Below are positions 41,128-50,691 of a stretch of 64,000 nt of DNA, piece by piece. A program made the translations under genes and the position numbers. Position 1 is the first letter of the stretch; every line of letters starts with the position of its first letter. The notes under the pieces are model-generated. The model made no database searches, was not told where the DNA came from, and was given only the letters and a program-made list of their open reading frames with translations. This stretch comes from Planctomycetota bacterium. GTDB taxonomy: Bacteria; Planctomycetota; Brocadiia; CAIUPP01. The stretch lies in assembly GCA_022705425.1 (NCBI GenBank), contig JAKJEM010000001.1:104253-168252 (forward strand), given 5' to 3'.

Positions 41128-43510
41128 AGTGCTCCAATCCTTTTTTCGTCAGGTCAATGCTTCCTACTCCATAACCGCGTCAAAAAAAGCGAACTGAGCA
41201 CGGATGATGTGGGTTTGAGCTTCCAAGAGAGCCATGGGAGAGCTCTTGGTTGTGTTCATTTCTTGCCCCCTGTTAGAAGGATGAGGAGAAGTACAAGACA
41301 GCCCACTGCCACGTATAGTCCAATCACTTCCCACTCCCTTCTTTTCTTGAGAGGGCTTCGTTGGAGCCTCGACCGCATCAGTCTCAATCCCTTTTTCGTC
41401 AGGTCAATGCTTCCTAGATGCAAGTGTGTTGCGGGTGGCCTAAGGTTCACTATGGAGGACGGTTTCAATCCCTTTTTCGTCAGGTCAATGCTTCCTACGG
41501 ATGGCGGTGGACGGGGTTCCGGGCCTCACCTTCTCGAGTTTCAATCCCTTTTTCGTCAGGTCAATGCTTCCTACGGTCGTGGTGTTCCCGGCCCACATGG
41601 GGTTTGATTGCCAGGTTTCAATCCCTTTTTCGTCAGGTCAATGCTTCCTACGATTGAGATTCGACGTCGGTATGGCCCCAAGGTTTATCGGGTTTCAATC
41701 CCTTTTTCGTCAGGTCAATGCTTCCTACTGCTGAACTGGCCAAGGCCGCGACGCAAGGTGTCAAGTTTCAATCCCTTTTTCGTCAGGTCAATGCTTCCTA
41801 CTGATGACGTGCCGGTGTGTGAGCGTGACACTGTGGGCGCGTTTCAATCCCTTTTTCGTCAGGTCAATGCTTCCTACCCACGCGGGCGACTTGCAGGCGA
41901 TACCTGGTGGAGCGATGAAGTGTTTCAATCCCTTTTTCGTCAGGTCAATGCTTCCTACTCAAGCGGAACAGACAGAGCGCGAGAAAGCGGCTGTCAAGGC
42001 GTTTCAATCCCTTTTTCGTCAGGTCAATGCTTCCTACGCGAGATTGAAGCCAGTGACTTCCGCTCCTCAGTCGGTTCCGAGTTTCAATCCCTTTTTCGTC
42101 AGGTCAATGCTTCCTACTTGCCATACATTTTCTTCGACGCGCGCACCGGCTCCTTCTCGTTTCAATCCCTTTTTCGTCAGGTCAATGCTTCCTACGCGTC
42201 GAGATTGAGGCGACTAACGCCGACATTCGACGTGGTTTCAATCCCTTTTTCGTCAGGTCAATGCTTCCTACGTCCGGGAAGTGTGCATCATGCGTATTGT
42301 GGCATGGAAGTTTCAATCCCTTTTTCGTCAGGTCAATGCTTCCTACTGAAGATTATGCGCGATGTGCTTACAATCAAGGCTAAGTTTCAATCCCTTTTTC
42401 GTCAGGTCAATGCTTCCTACGCGGTGACGAGAGGTTACGAGTACAAGGAAGTCGAGGGTTTCAATCCCTTTTTCGTCAGGTCAATGCTTCCTACGTATCT
42501 CCGCTACCGTGCGGAGGACGGTGATACCGAGGCGTTTCAATCCCTTTTTCGTCAGGTCAATGCTTCCTACGGGGGTGTCCATGCCCCCGCTGACGGTCAT
42601 GTACGACGGGTTTCAATCCCTTTTTCGTCAGGTCAATGCTTCCTACGCACCTGTCTGTGCGGACAGGAAGCCCACACGATGTTCCACAAGGTTTCAATCC
42701 CTTTTTCGTCAGGTCAATGCTTCCTACAAGGCTATTTCGTATGGAGGATCGCACAGGACGGCATGAAAGTTTCAATCCCTTTTTCGTCAGGTCAATGCTT
42801 CCTACACAGACAGACGCAGTCGAGGAACCACAGGCGTCTTTTATAGTTTCAATCCCTTTTTCGTCAGGTCAATGCTTCCTACCAGGAAGAACCTTATCGA
42901 AAAAATCAAGGGCTTCTCTTGTTTCAATCCCTTTTTCGTCAGGTCAATGCTTCCTACCAAGAAAATCTCAGAGGCTACTGGGTTCCCCGTTGTCAATGTT
43001 TCAATCCCTTTTTCGTCAGGTCAATGCTTCCTACGGGGGATGGCGCGATAGTTACGAACGGTGGAGCAGCGGCACGTTTCAATCCCTTTTTCGTCAGGTC
43101 AATGCTTCCTACCAGGTTATGACTGCGCCGCCGTTGATGCAGTCAATGAAGAGTTTCAATCCCTTTTTCGTCAGGTCAATGCTTCCTACGGGGTGGTACG
43201 GAGGCCCCGACATCCCAGCCCTGTTCCCCACACCGTTTCAATCCCTTTTTCGTCAGGTCAATGCTTCCTACGGAGCAACCGGGAGTCCCCCTGGCGAGTC
43301 TGCGCGACGGCGCGTTTCAATCCCTTTTTCGTCAGGTCAATGCTTCCTACCGCAGGGATCACAGTAGGAGGGTGAGACGATGGCATATCGTTTCAATCCC
43401 TTTTTCGTCAGGTCAATGCTTCCTACGACTCCGACGTGGGGAGATCGCATGGCTCCGATGGGAGGACGTTGACGTTTCAATCCCTTTTTCGTCAGGTCAA
43501 TGCTTCCTAC
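41128..43510 (-). CRISPR. CRISPR array, about 30 units of a 37-bp repeat GTTTCAATCCCTTTTTCGTCAGGTCAATGCTTCCTAC (plus strand); transcribed from the minus strand
   Basis: There are 28 canonical repeats from 41463 to 43510 with unique 38-45-nt spacers, plus two degenerate distal repeats (41128-41166, 41380-41416). The minus-strand reading ends in ...GGGATTGAAAC, a typical 8-nt 5'-handle ATTGAAAC. cas1-cas2 and the leader are at the high-coordinate end. Confidence 0.95.
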
Positions 43511-43706
43511 TGCACCTCCTTTTCGGTCAATGGCCGCGAGGGCAAAATGCGGCACAGGCCATAATGTCGCCTGGATAGCGTCGCCCTGTGGCCTTCGATC
43601 ACTTGGCGCTGCCGGGCAGCGTCATCCCAACTCCTTGTGCAGCGGTTGGTTGCAGCAGAACCATAATGCGCCGGGTATTGGCGATGCTGGGACATTATGG
43701 ATTCAC
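43511..43706 (-). promoter_or_regulatory. putative CRISPR leader (between cas2 and the first, newest repeat)
   Basis: Non-coding 196 nt between the cas2 stop (43707) and the repeat at 43474-43510. Orientation fits the minus-strand cas operon and the degenerate repeats at the opposite end. Confidence 0.4.
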
Positions 43707-43985
43707 TCAGACCACGATGGCCCGCCGCGTATCCAACCCGGCGTTCTGACCCAGACGAAGGGACTTCCCGACGCAGGTTGCGCAAAGCGGGTAGATGACA
43801 ATGTTGTCTTCATCGGTGTTCATCTCTCGTCTCAGTCGTTCCACCAGCAGGGATAAGTGCCGTTGGTCCAGTTCCGCCTCAAAGACGCTGCGCTGAACAC
43901 GGTCGCCGTAATCGTCCAACGTCCGCGCGACACGCTCGCGCCGTCGGTCGTCCACGACATCATAGGATATGACGTATCGCATCAC
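43707..43985 (-). CDS. cas2: CRISPR-associated endoribonuclease Cas2
   Basis: MMRYVISYDVVDDRRRERVARTLDDYGDRVQRSVFEAELD... is a canonical Cas2. ATGA overlap with cas1. Confidence 0.85.
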   Translation of the reverse strand: MMRYVISYDVVDDRRRERVARTLDDYGDRVQRSVFEAELDQRHLSLLVERLRREMNTDEDNIVIYPLCATCVGKSLRLGQNAGLDTRRAIVV

Positions 43986-44980
43986 GGCATGAACCGATGA
44001 GGCACGTACACCGCGTTCTCCCCGATGGCCTTGGCCAGACGCCCGGCCTGCCGCCGGTAGATTTCCCGGTAGGCGGGACGGTCGCCCGTGGGCGGATCGA
44101 GCGCCGGGCGCGCCAGCCAGTCCTCATAGAGGGTGAAGTAGGTCCTGAGGGCGGCGCGCTTGAGTCGCACGCCGCCTTTCTCCGCCGGCTCGAAATCTTC
44201 CGGCTTCAGAACGCCCTTGTTGTTCATGTAGAGGGTAAGCCGGTCCACCACTGGGTAACGAAACTCTTCCAGCAGGTCCAGCGCCAGTGACGGCCGGCCA
44301 TAGTCCACATCGTGGAGGAACCCGAGATACGGATCGAAGCCGGCGGCGTCGAGGAGACTCTGCAATTCGTTCGCCACCAGCGTGTAGCCCAATGACAAGA
44401 GCGCGTTGACGGGGTCGGTCGGGGGTCTTCGGGCGCGGCCTGGGAACTTCAGCGGCCCCATGCACATCGCGGCGAAGGCGTCGAAGTACGTCTTTGAGGC
44501 GTAACCTTCGATCCCCCGAAGTGTCGCGATGTCGTCCGCCTGCTGCGCTCGCGGAATAGCCGCTTCGAGTTCATCGGCCATGCGTTCCACCGGCGCATCG
44601 CGGTGGTTTGCGCGAAATCTTCGAATGCCTGCCAGACAGTTCAGCAGCTTGCCGGCGACTATGGCGCGCGCAAAGCCCAGCCGCGCCTCCGGCTCCCGGG
44701 CCTTCTCAAATTGCGCCACTCGCAGGAGAATGTTCCTGGCTTTCGCCGGCGTAAGCTGTCCCTTCAGGCGGCCGTCCTGTGTCAGAAATGCCGCCTCGAT
44801 GCCTTCCGCCAGGAGCAGTTCCATTGCCTGTGTCGTGATTTGTGCAATGCCAAAGATGAGAACGGCATCCAGTCTGTGGCACTCCACTTCGGCCAATGGA
44901 ACGCCGTCTTTGGTCACAACAAGGGTTTGCCCTCGTTTCTGGAGCATCGCGCCCTGTTCAGTGACGTAGAGAACGGGCAT
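43982..44980 (-). CDS. cas1: CRISPR-associated integrase Cas1
   Basis: MPVLYVTEQGAMLQKRGQTLVV...LDAVLIFG... is a typical Cas1 (332 aa). Confidence 0.85.
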   Translation of the reverse strand: MPVLYVTEQGAMLQKRGQTLVVTKDGVPLAEVECHRLDAVLIFGIAQITTQAMELLLAEGIEAAFLTQDGRLKGQLTPAKARNILLRVAQFEKAREPEARLGFARAIVAGKLLNCLAGIRRFRANHRDAPVERMADELEAAIPRAQQADDIATLRGIEGYASKTYFDAFAAMCMGPLKFPGRARRPPTDPVNALLSLGYTLVANELQSLLDAAGFDPYLGFLHDVDYGRPSLALDLLEEFRYPVVDRLTLYMNNKGVLKPEDFEPAEKGGVRLKRAALRTYFTLYEDWLARPALDPPTGDRPAYREIYRRQAGRLAKAIGENAVYVPHRFMP

Positions 44981-45949
44981 TCAGCGTCCTCCCGGGACGT
45001 TCGGCGCACCGCTGGCCGCGGGGCCGTCGTCAGGGAAACAAATCGGCAGCGCAAGCGCAAAGGCCATCTGCAAGGCTTCCGGCCGTGCGGGGGCCAGGCC
45101 CGGTACAGCGCGGCCATACCACGGTCGTATCGGCGATGATGCCCTGAAGCAGGACCCGGGCTTGAGAAGCGTGAGAGGCCGCTTGAAGGGATTGTCCGCT
45201 GCGGCAAACTCCTCGCCCAGCTTGCCGTACTTGACCCGAAACGCGTAGTCGCCGTCGGTCGGATCCCCGGACGCGGGGGTGAAATGTGAAAGCGACACGA
45301 ACCCGTTCGCTCCGGGCTGTTCCGCGAGGTCGCTTGATGGCGTCATTCCTTCGTAGTGAAATGCGCCCTTGCCCGTTGATTTCTTCTTTCCGAAACCCGA
45401 TGCCGCCATCGAAGCCCACAACCGGGCGAACCGGTCTTTCCACTCGGGCTCGACGCGGGCATAGAGGGTGAGGATGCCAGCGGTGTCGGCGAGATGGCTC
45501 TCCTCTTCCTCACGCAGTCCCCCCTGTTCGACGGAGGTGTTGGATCGGCGGTCCAAGGTGACATGGAGGCGCGTGACCTGAACCAGCGGCTCCGCCTGCG
45601 CCGGCGGCAACGGAGGCAATCGCCCGGAACAAATGGCCTTGAAGACGCCCTCCGGGAGCCAGGCACGCCGCTTCCATTCACGCGCCAGGGCAAGACGCTT
45701 CTCGGGATCGGGTTCAGCCCTGCCAGCGAGCCGGTAAAGACAGAATGGAGCGGGCAGAAGGCGGCCCGGGAAGGCGTCGCTCAGGACAAAGGGAGGATCG
45801 CCGGCGCGGCATCGTTCCAGGAACCCTTGCAGTGCCGTTTCGCCTTCGATCCGGCCAAGTTCCCAGCAAAGTGATCCGTACAGCGTATCGGACTGCCACG
45901 GTGTCAGGAATGAACCCATGGGCCTGAGAGTGATGCGGTAAAGATTCAC
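44981..45949 (-). CDS. type III RAMP, Csm4/Cmr3-like (Cas5 group)
   Basis: N-terminus MNLYRITLRPMGSFLTPWQSDTLYGSLCW and the Gly-rich loop SGFGKKKSTGKGAF are typical of Csm4-type RAMPs. Sits between csm3 and cas1. Confidence 0.5.
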   Translation of the reverse strand: MNLYRITLRPMGSFLTPWQSDTLYGSLCWELGRIEGETALQGFLERCRAGDPPFVLSDAFPGRLLPAPFCLYRLAGRAEPDPEKRLALAREWKRRAWLPEGVFKAICSGRLPPLPPAQAEPLVQVTRLHVTLDRRSNTSVEQGGLREEEESHLADTAGILTLYARVEPEWKDRFARLWASMAASGFGKKKSTGKGAFHYEGMTPSSDLAEQPGANGFVSLSHFTPASGDPTDGDYAFRVKYGKLGEEFAAADNPFKRPLTLLKPGSCFRASSPIRPWYGRAVPGLAPARPEALQMAFALALPICFPDDGPAASGAPNVPGGR

Positions 45950-45972
45950 CGTTGTCTCCTTCGCCCGGAGCG

Positions 45973-46638
45973 TCAGGCCGGAAGCGCCCGGATAGCGTCT
46001 GACAGAGGCTTGCCATCGGGGGCGAGAAAGCGCACTTTGCCATACCCGCGCGTGCCGGAGCCGCCCAGGTACTCCTTTTCCAGAAGTTCCATGGCCTCGG
46101 CAAGGCGGGCCAGGTGGGCCTTCACGTCATCGCCCTCGAAAACGCGCAGAACCACCTCGAAACTGAAACGGCTGACCTCGGCGGGAACCCGTTCCTGTTG
46201 CCTCAGAGTTCCCCCGGAGGTCGCGCCCTTGTTGCGGTCCATGGCGATCTCGGTCTTGACCTCGGCAAATGCGCCCGGCAACGCCTCAGTCAGTTTTCGG
46301 GCGCTCTCCTCGTCGAGGGCGCAGTCGCGGAAGATAAGCCGGGTGCATTCCCGGGTATTCCGGACCGCGCCGCAGCCGAACATCTTGCAGATGAAGCAAT
46401 CGCCGCAGGTGCAGGGCTTTCCACTCCTCTGGGAATCAGGCGAGTATTTCTGCTCCAGCAGCGAACGCATCTTCCCCTTGACCGACGACCCGGGCAGATA
46501 CGGCATGCGCGAGACGGGATGGCGAATGATCGGATTATCCGTCTCACCGATGCCGACCGTGTCCTTGGTTCCACCGATACGCATCCCGGTGTCGCAATGC
46601 AGCAGGCCGTTGACGACAACGTGCTTCACAAGCTTCAT
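45973..46638 (-). CDS. csm3: type III Cas7-family backbone subunit Csm3
   Basis: ATG at 46638 is preceded by TAGGAGG. ...IIRHPVSRMPYLPGSSVKGKMRSLLE... is the Csm3 signature. The Zn-knuckle is CTCGDCFICKMFGC. Confidence 0.8.
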   Translation of the reverse strand: MKLVKHVVVNGLLHCDTGMRIGGTKDTVGIGETDNPIIRHPVSRMPYLPGSSVKGKMRSLLEQKYSPDSQRSGKPCTCGDCFICKMFGCGAVRNTRECTRLIFRDCALDEESARKLTEALPGAFAEVKTEIAMDRNKGATSGGTLRQQERVPAEVSRFSFEVVLRVFEGDDVKAHLARLAEAMELLEKEYLGGSGTRGYGKVRFLAPDGKPLSDAIRALPA

Positions 46639-46649
46639 GGGCAAGCCTC

Positions 46650-47240
46650 CTATTTTTCCTTGAGGTAAGCGACAATGCTTGTCAGGTATTCGACGAAACC
46701 ACGGAACTCCTTCACGTCCTTGCAGGCCACGTCCACGTGCTTTGCAATGAACGCGGCAAAGGTGGGCGACTTCATCACCCCCCGTTTCACCTGGTACTCC
46801 ACCTGCCGGGCGAACTTCCAAACGGCTTCCTGAACGATTCCGAAGTCGAGATCCGGCTCCCCCTTCAGCCGCTGCTCAACCGATTTCAGCATGAAGAAGA
46901 GTTGCCGCAACTGGCTTGTCGTCAGGCCTTCCCCCATGCAGAGATCGGTCATCTTTTGCGCCGCCTCCAGGTAGATCGCCCGGCGCAGATGGCCATTTTC
47001 GTAAAAGGAGGCGAACACGCAATCTGGTGGGACGCTGGCTGGCTTGGGCGATAATTCGGCGCGTCCGCCGGCATGGGCAGGCGGCCGGCCAGCGCTCTGG
47101 CCGGCAGGCCGCTGCCCCGGCGACCGTTGAGATTGTTCCCTGCACCCCGGTGTGCAGAATTGATGATGTGCTTCCTTCGCGTCGAACGGTTTTCCGCATT
47201 GACGACAGCTTTTTTGCACGGCCTTCCCTCCTATCTCTGT
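46650..47240 (-). CDS. type III small subunit Csm2 (Cas11) with an N-terminal CxxC...C..C zinc-ribbon-like extension
   Basis: GTG at 47240 is preceded by GGAGGG. The N-terminus is KSCRQCGKPFDAKEAHHQFCTPGC. The C-terminal ~120 aa are alpha-helical (GLTTSQLRQLFFMLKSVEQRL...FARQVEYQVKRG...FVEYLTSIVAYLKEK), typical of Csm2. Confidence 0.5.
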   Translation of the reverse strand, partial: TEIGGKAVQKSCRQCGKPFDAKEAHHQFCTPGCREQSQRSPGQRPAGQSAGRPPAHAGGRAELSPKPASVPPDCVFASFYENGHLRRAIYLEAAQKMTDLCMGEGLTTSQLRQLFFMLKSVEQRLKGEPDLDFGIVQEAVWKFARQVEYQVKRGVMKSPTFAAFIAKHVDVACKDVKEFRGFVEYLTSIVAYLKEK

Positions 47241-49687
47241 GTGTTGAGGGCGTATTCGAGGACAAACCGAAGCCCGTGGAAGGCCGGCTCCTCGACATTC
47301 CTGAAACGGGCAACCCATTGCCGCGCGGCTGACGCCTCCGGGCTCGTGTCCGGCCAGTTGCGGGTGATGTCGTAGGCGAGAAGCGGAATGAACCGGAGAT
47401 TCGCCGTCTCGCCAGTCCGCCGGAATCGAGCCCACATTTCCGCATATGTCAGGAGCCGCCGCGCGGCGGAAACCGTAACAACCCCCGCACTCAGCCAATG
47501 GGCAAGCTTGTCGGCTTCCGCGACCGCCGCCGGGAACCGCTGCCACTTCAGAGTAGTTCCGAAAACATGAATCTGATCGCGGCCCTCAGCCGCGCCGAAT
47601 GCCCGTTCCTCCTTGGCCCGCTCCAAACACCGTTCGACCATCGGCGCGGCGCTGGCCACCGGCGTGCCGGACCCGGCGAGCGCATATCCGGATGAAAAGG
47701 TCAGCCGACCGCACGTAAAGCGCTCGAAGGCTCTGCGAAGTTCGTCGGCCAACTCCACCATCTGACTCCACGGCCCGACGAGAAGGAAGTCGTCGCCGCC
47801 GGAGAAGACGGTGTACGTGTTCGGAAATTCAGTTTCGAGGAGATGGTTCATCCACCCGCCGAAGAACAAATCGAGCATCCGGCTGAGCGTGGCGATTCTC
47901 GAAACGGACCGCATTGGCTCCGGAAAGCCGAAGGCAAACGTTCTGCCGAGATTGTCCACGTCACCCTTGAGCCATGCCAGTGCATTGCGACCTGTTGCGA
48001 GACGGGAGAGGCAAGCGAACGTTTTCGCACCGCCCGGAGCAGGACGCTCGTCGTCGGGAATGACGCAGTTGTCGCGTCCCTGACACTGGCTGCATCCTTC
48101 CGGTCCTGGCCTCGGGATGGTATTCGCGAAGAACCGGTGCCAGACCGGCGCTTGCCGTGCCTGGAAGGGGGCGTCGAAATCATTGATGGCCAGCGCCCAA
48201 GAGGCATCGCCGGGCGGGTAGCCGGACTCCAATACCCCGAATGAGTTCTCGACCGCTTTGAATTCTCCGCGACGTTCATCGTCAAAGATCACGGCCAGCC
48301 GTGCCGTTGTGAGCCTGCGTCCCAGCCGAACGTCCTGATCGCACAATGTGCACGTTCGGCGGGCGCGTTCGTCCTCGTGGGAAGCCGGGAGCTTTCCGCA
48401 GTACTGGCAAGGGCGATAGGTTGCGTTTCCCGGAAGACGCCCCGGCATGAACGCCGTATCGGACCATTGTTCCGCCGGCTGTAGAACGGCGGCAAGGGGC
48501 CTGCGCTTGGCCTGCTGCATCCGCATCTCCAGCCGATCCAGTAGGCGTCCGAAGTTTCCGGCCATGAACTCACTGCCTGACGCGACCACGTGCGCGACAT
48601 TGATATGGACCTGACCGTGCAGGGTGTCGTGAAGCCAACGATCGAGCGAGGCGCGTACTCGGGCAATTCGCTCGGACGCATCGTTGAGGTTGGGCAGAAG
48701 CAGTGTGAACCGTCCGCCGGAACACATGAGCATGTTGACCGGAGTAACGCTGAACGCGCGGAGAAGCCGCATGGCGGCGATTTCGGCGATTAGCCCCAGA
48801 TAGAAGGACCTGGCGCGGAGACGCTTGGCCGTGCCACCCACGCCGACTTCAGCGATGTCAAACAGGTAATCCTGTATGCCGGAAAGATACCCTGCTACCA
48901 CCAGGAAATACGGCGCGGACCGGTCCCGGGCCGCTGTTTCCGTAAGGCACTTGCGCTCCATGCAGGCGGAGTGCAGACACGCCGCCAGCGCCGCCGTCGA
49001 CTTCAGATGGTCATAGAGAGACACATCCGGCAAGTCTATCGTCGATGCCGGAAGACACCACGTGAACCGGTACAGGGCCGTCGTCATCGCAGCCACGAGG
49101 ACGTCGGGAGTCTCCGCCTGAAGGGATTCCGTGACCTTTATGAACCCGGCCAGCAGTTCGGCGTATGACGGCGTGAGCTTCTGCCCGGATTCCTCCTGGG
49201 GGACGGGGAACGTGGCCGCAAGGTCCTCGCCGAGAGGGGCCATCGGGTGGGCGAAACTGCGGCGGCCCCTGCCACCTTCGGCGAGGCTCTCGAACACAGA
49301 CAGCAGTGGCGTAGAGCGCAATCCCCCCGCAGGCACGGGGGTGTCCCCGTCGCTCCCGGGGCGGTCCTGCCCGGCAGACAGGCAGTCCGCCTGTTGGACA
49401 ATGACCTCTTCCACCGAGGACGGCCTGTGGTGGGCCCTTGCGAGCGACGCGACGGTTGCGGCATCCACCCCTGACGGCCAGCGAACCGCAACCATGTCAA
49501 AGAAGGCCTGCGTCCAAAGGGCATGTTCGTGCGTGAAGCGTCCGGACCTCGGGTCCGTGGGGCATACGTATTGCCGCATTCGTTCCGTCCGATCCGGAAG
49601 CGCCTGTCCGGGCGGAACGGCTCGCTGCATGAACTTGCCAACATCATGAAGCAGACCGCCCAGTAGAATCTCGTGTGCGTTAGCCAT
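47231..49687 (-). CDS. cas10: Cas10/Csm1 (HD nuclease plus Palm/cyclase domains)
   Basis: ATG at 49687 is preceded by AGGAGAGG. N-terminal HD motif LLGGLLHDVGKF. GGDD cyclase motif VFSGGDDFLLVGPW. Cys-rich treble-clef CQYCGK...CTLCD. Confidence 0.85.
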   Translation of the reverse strand: MANAHEILLGGLLHDVGKFMQRAVPPGQALPDRTERMRQYVCPTDPRSGRFTHEHALWTQAFFDMVAVRWPSGVDAATVASLARAHHRPSSVEEVIVQQADCLSAGQDRPGSDGDTPVPAGGLRSTPLLSVFESLAEGGRGRRSFAHPMAPLGEDLAATFPVPQEESGQKLTPSYAELLAGFIKVTESLQAETPDVLVAAMTTALYRFTWCLPASTIDLPDVSLYDHLKSTAALAACLHSACMERKCLTETAARDRSAPYFLVVAGYLSGIQDYLFDIAEVGVGGTAKRLRARSFYLGLIAEIAAMRLLRAFSVTPVNMLMCSGGRFTLLLPNLNDASERIARVRASLDRWLHDTLHGQVHINVAHVVASGSEFMAGNFGRLLDRLEMRMQQAKRRPLAAVLQPAEQWSDTAFMPGRLPGNATYRPCQYCGKLPASHEDERARRTCTLCDQDVRLGRRLTTARLAVIFDDERRGEFKAVENSFGVLESGYPPGDASWALAINDFDAPFQARQAPVWHRFFANTIPRPGPEGCSQCQGRDNCVIPDDERPAPGGAKTFACLSRLATGRNALAWLKGDVDNLGRTFAFGFPEPMRSVSRIATLSRMLDLFFGGWMNHLLETEFPNTYTVFSGGDDFLLVGPWSQMVELADELRRAFERFTCGRLTFSSGYALAGSGTPVASAAPMVERCLERAKEERAFGAAEGRDQIHVFGTTLKWQRFPAAVAEADKLAHWLSAGVVTVSAARRLLTYAEMWARFRRTGETANLRFIPLLAYDITRNWPDTSPEASAARQWVARFRNVEEPAFHGLRFVLEYALNTQR

Positions 49688-49737
49688 GTGCCTCTCCTGC
49701 CCAAACGACGGCATTCTACCACACGCTACGGACGGCA

Positions 49738-50691
49738 TTAGAGAATCCGGTATCGCCCAAAGCCGAAAGATGTCGCCTTCCCGACATGCACCCATTCACC
49801 CAAGCGCAGGTACGGGGTAAGGTCGCCCACGTCGCCAGCGTATTCGACCACACCGGCAACCCCACCCATGCGCATTCGTTGCTTCTGGCGCGTGGAGTAT
49901 CGCTCGAATTCTTCCCATCGAATCTCAGTGCGCTTTGTGCTAACTTGTTCCGCCTTGCGGATGAGTCCGCCGAAGTCAGCCTGCAACTCATGGCCACAGT
50001 GAAAAGACGAGAGCGCCGAAAGGCGGCGCAAGAGGTTCCGGACCAGGACGTGAAATGGCAGATCTGACACGTAGTGCCCCTCGGACTTCAGCCGGGCCGG
50101 CGTGTCGAGAACTACCGTGACCGTACCGTTTGTGCCAAGCGGCTTCGACATGTCCGGAACAAAGCGCTGTGCCGTCGCAAGGCGGTTGTGGGAGGAATCG
50201 AATAGTAGCGCTTCTGCGCCGGCCGGACTCTTGTCAACGACACGAATGAGCGCAAACTTGGCGCGTCGTGCACCGATTCCCGCCTTCCCAAGTTCCTGAA
50301 AAGCGAGAACAAAATAGGGCAAATAGTCCGTACCTCGGCCTATGAGTACAAGAGAGAATTCGATATCCGCCCCGACTGCCAGCCGGGCCGGCTGACCCAA
50401 GGGCGGCTCGATAACGAAAGGGTGCGGTACATTGGGATACAGCCGCATCATGGCTGCCCCGTCTGGGAGGGGCGATTCGAAAACGTAGCGGTAGGGACAA
50501 GACGCACGCACCAGGCATTCGGCGCAGACCACGGCCCGGCGAGTGCATACGCACCCTTTGAAGGCGTAGCCGAAAGCCCCACGGAGCGTTGCGCCCAGGA
50601 AGGGTGGAAGTACAGCAGGCTCCAGAAGGCGGAGGGTCAGCCTAACGGCCGAGATCGAGAAGTAGTCCAATCGTCCCCCGGTGCCGCTCAC
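49738..50691 (-). CDS. cas6: Cas6 crRNA endoribonuclease
   Basis: The C-terminal glycine-rich loop GKATSFGFGRYRI is the Cas6 hallmark. The start is uncertain; the ORF is open to 50895, and GTG 50691 is chosen. Confidence 0.7.
   Translation of the reverse strand: MSGTGGRLDYFSISAVRLTLRLLEPAVLPPFLGATLRGAFGYAFKGCVCTRRAVVCAECLVRASCPYRYVFESPLPDGAAMMRLYPNVPHPFVIEPPLGQPARLAVGADIEFSLVLIGRGTDYLPYFVLAFQELGKAGIGARRAKFALIRVVDKSPAGAEALLFDSSHNRLATAQRFVPDMSKPLGTNGTVTVVLDTPARLKSEGHYVSDLPFHVLVRNLLRRLSALSSFHCGHELQADFGGLIRKAEQVSTKRTEIRWEEFERYSTRQKQRMRMGGVAGVVEYAGDVGDLTPYLRLGEWVHVGKATSFGFGRYRIL

Noticed and set aside
41256-43578. Numerous ORFs in the track across 41.2-43.6 kb (for example 41608-42846, 42636-43367, 41804-42208)
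   Set aside because: They are read-through of the 37-bp CRISPR repeat in different frames. The recurring peptides (FNPFFVRSMLPT, SIPFSSGQCFL, FQSLFRQVNASY) are repeat translations, not genes.
46650-47546. Full 298-aa extent of the csm2-region ORF
   Set aside because: The upstream ~100 codons are low-complexity Gly/Arg/Pro-rich and overlap the cas10 3' end. An internal GTG with a GGAGGG RBS at 47240 gives a more plausible Csm2 length, so the longer start was not used.
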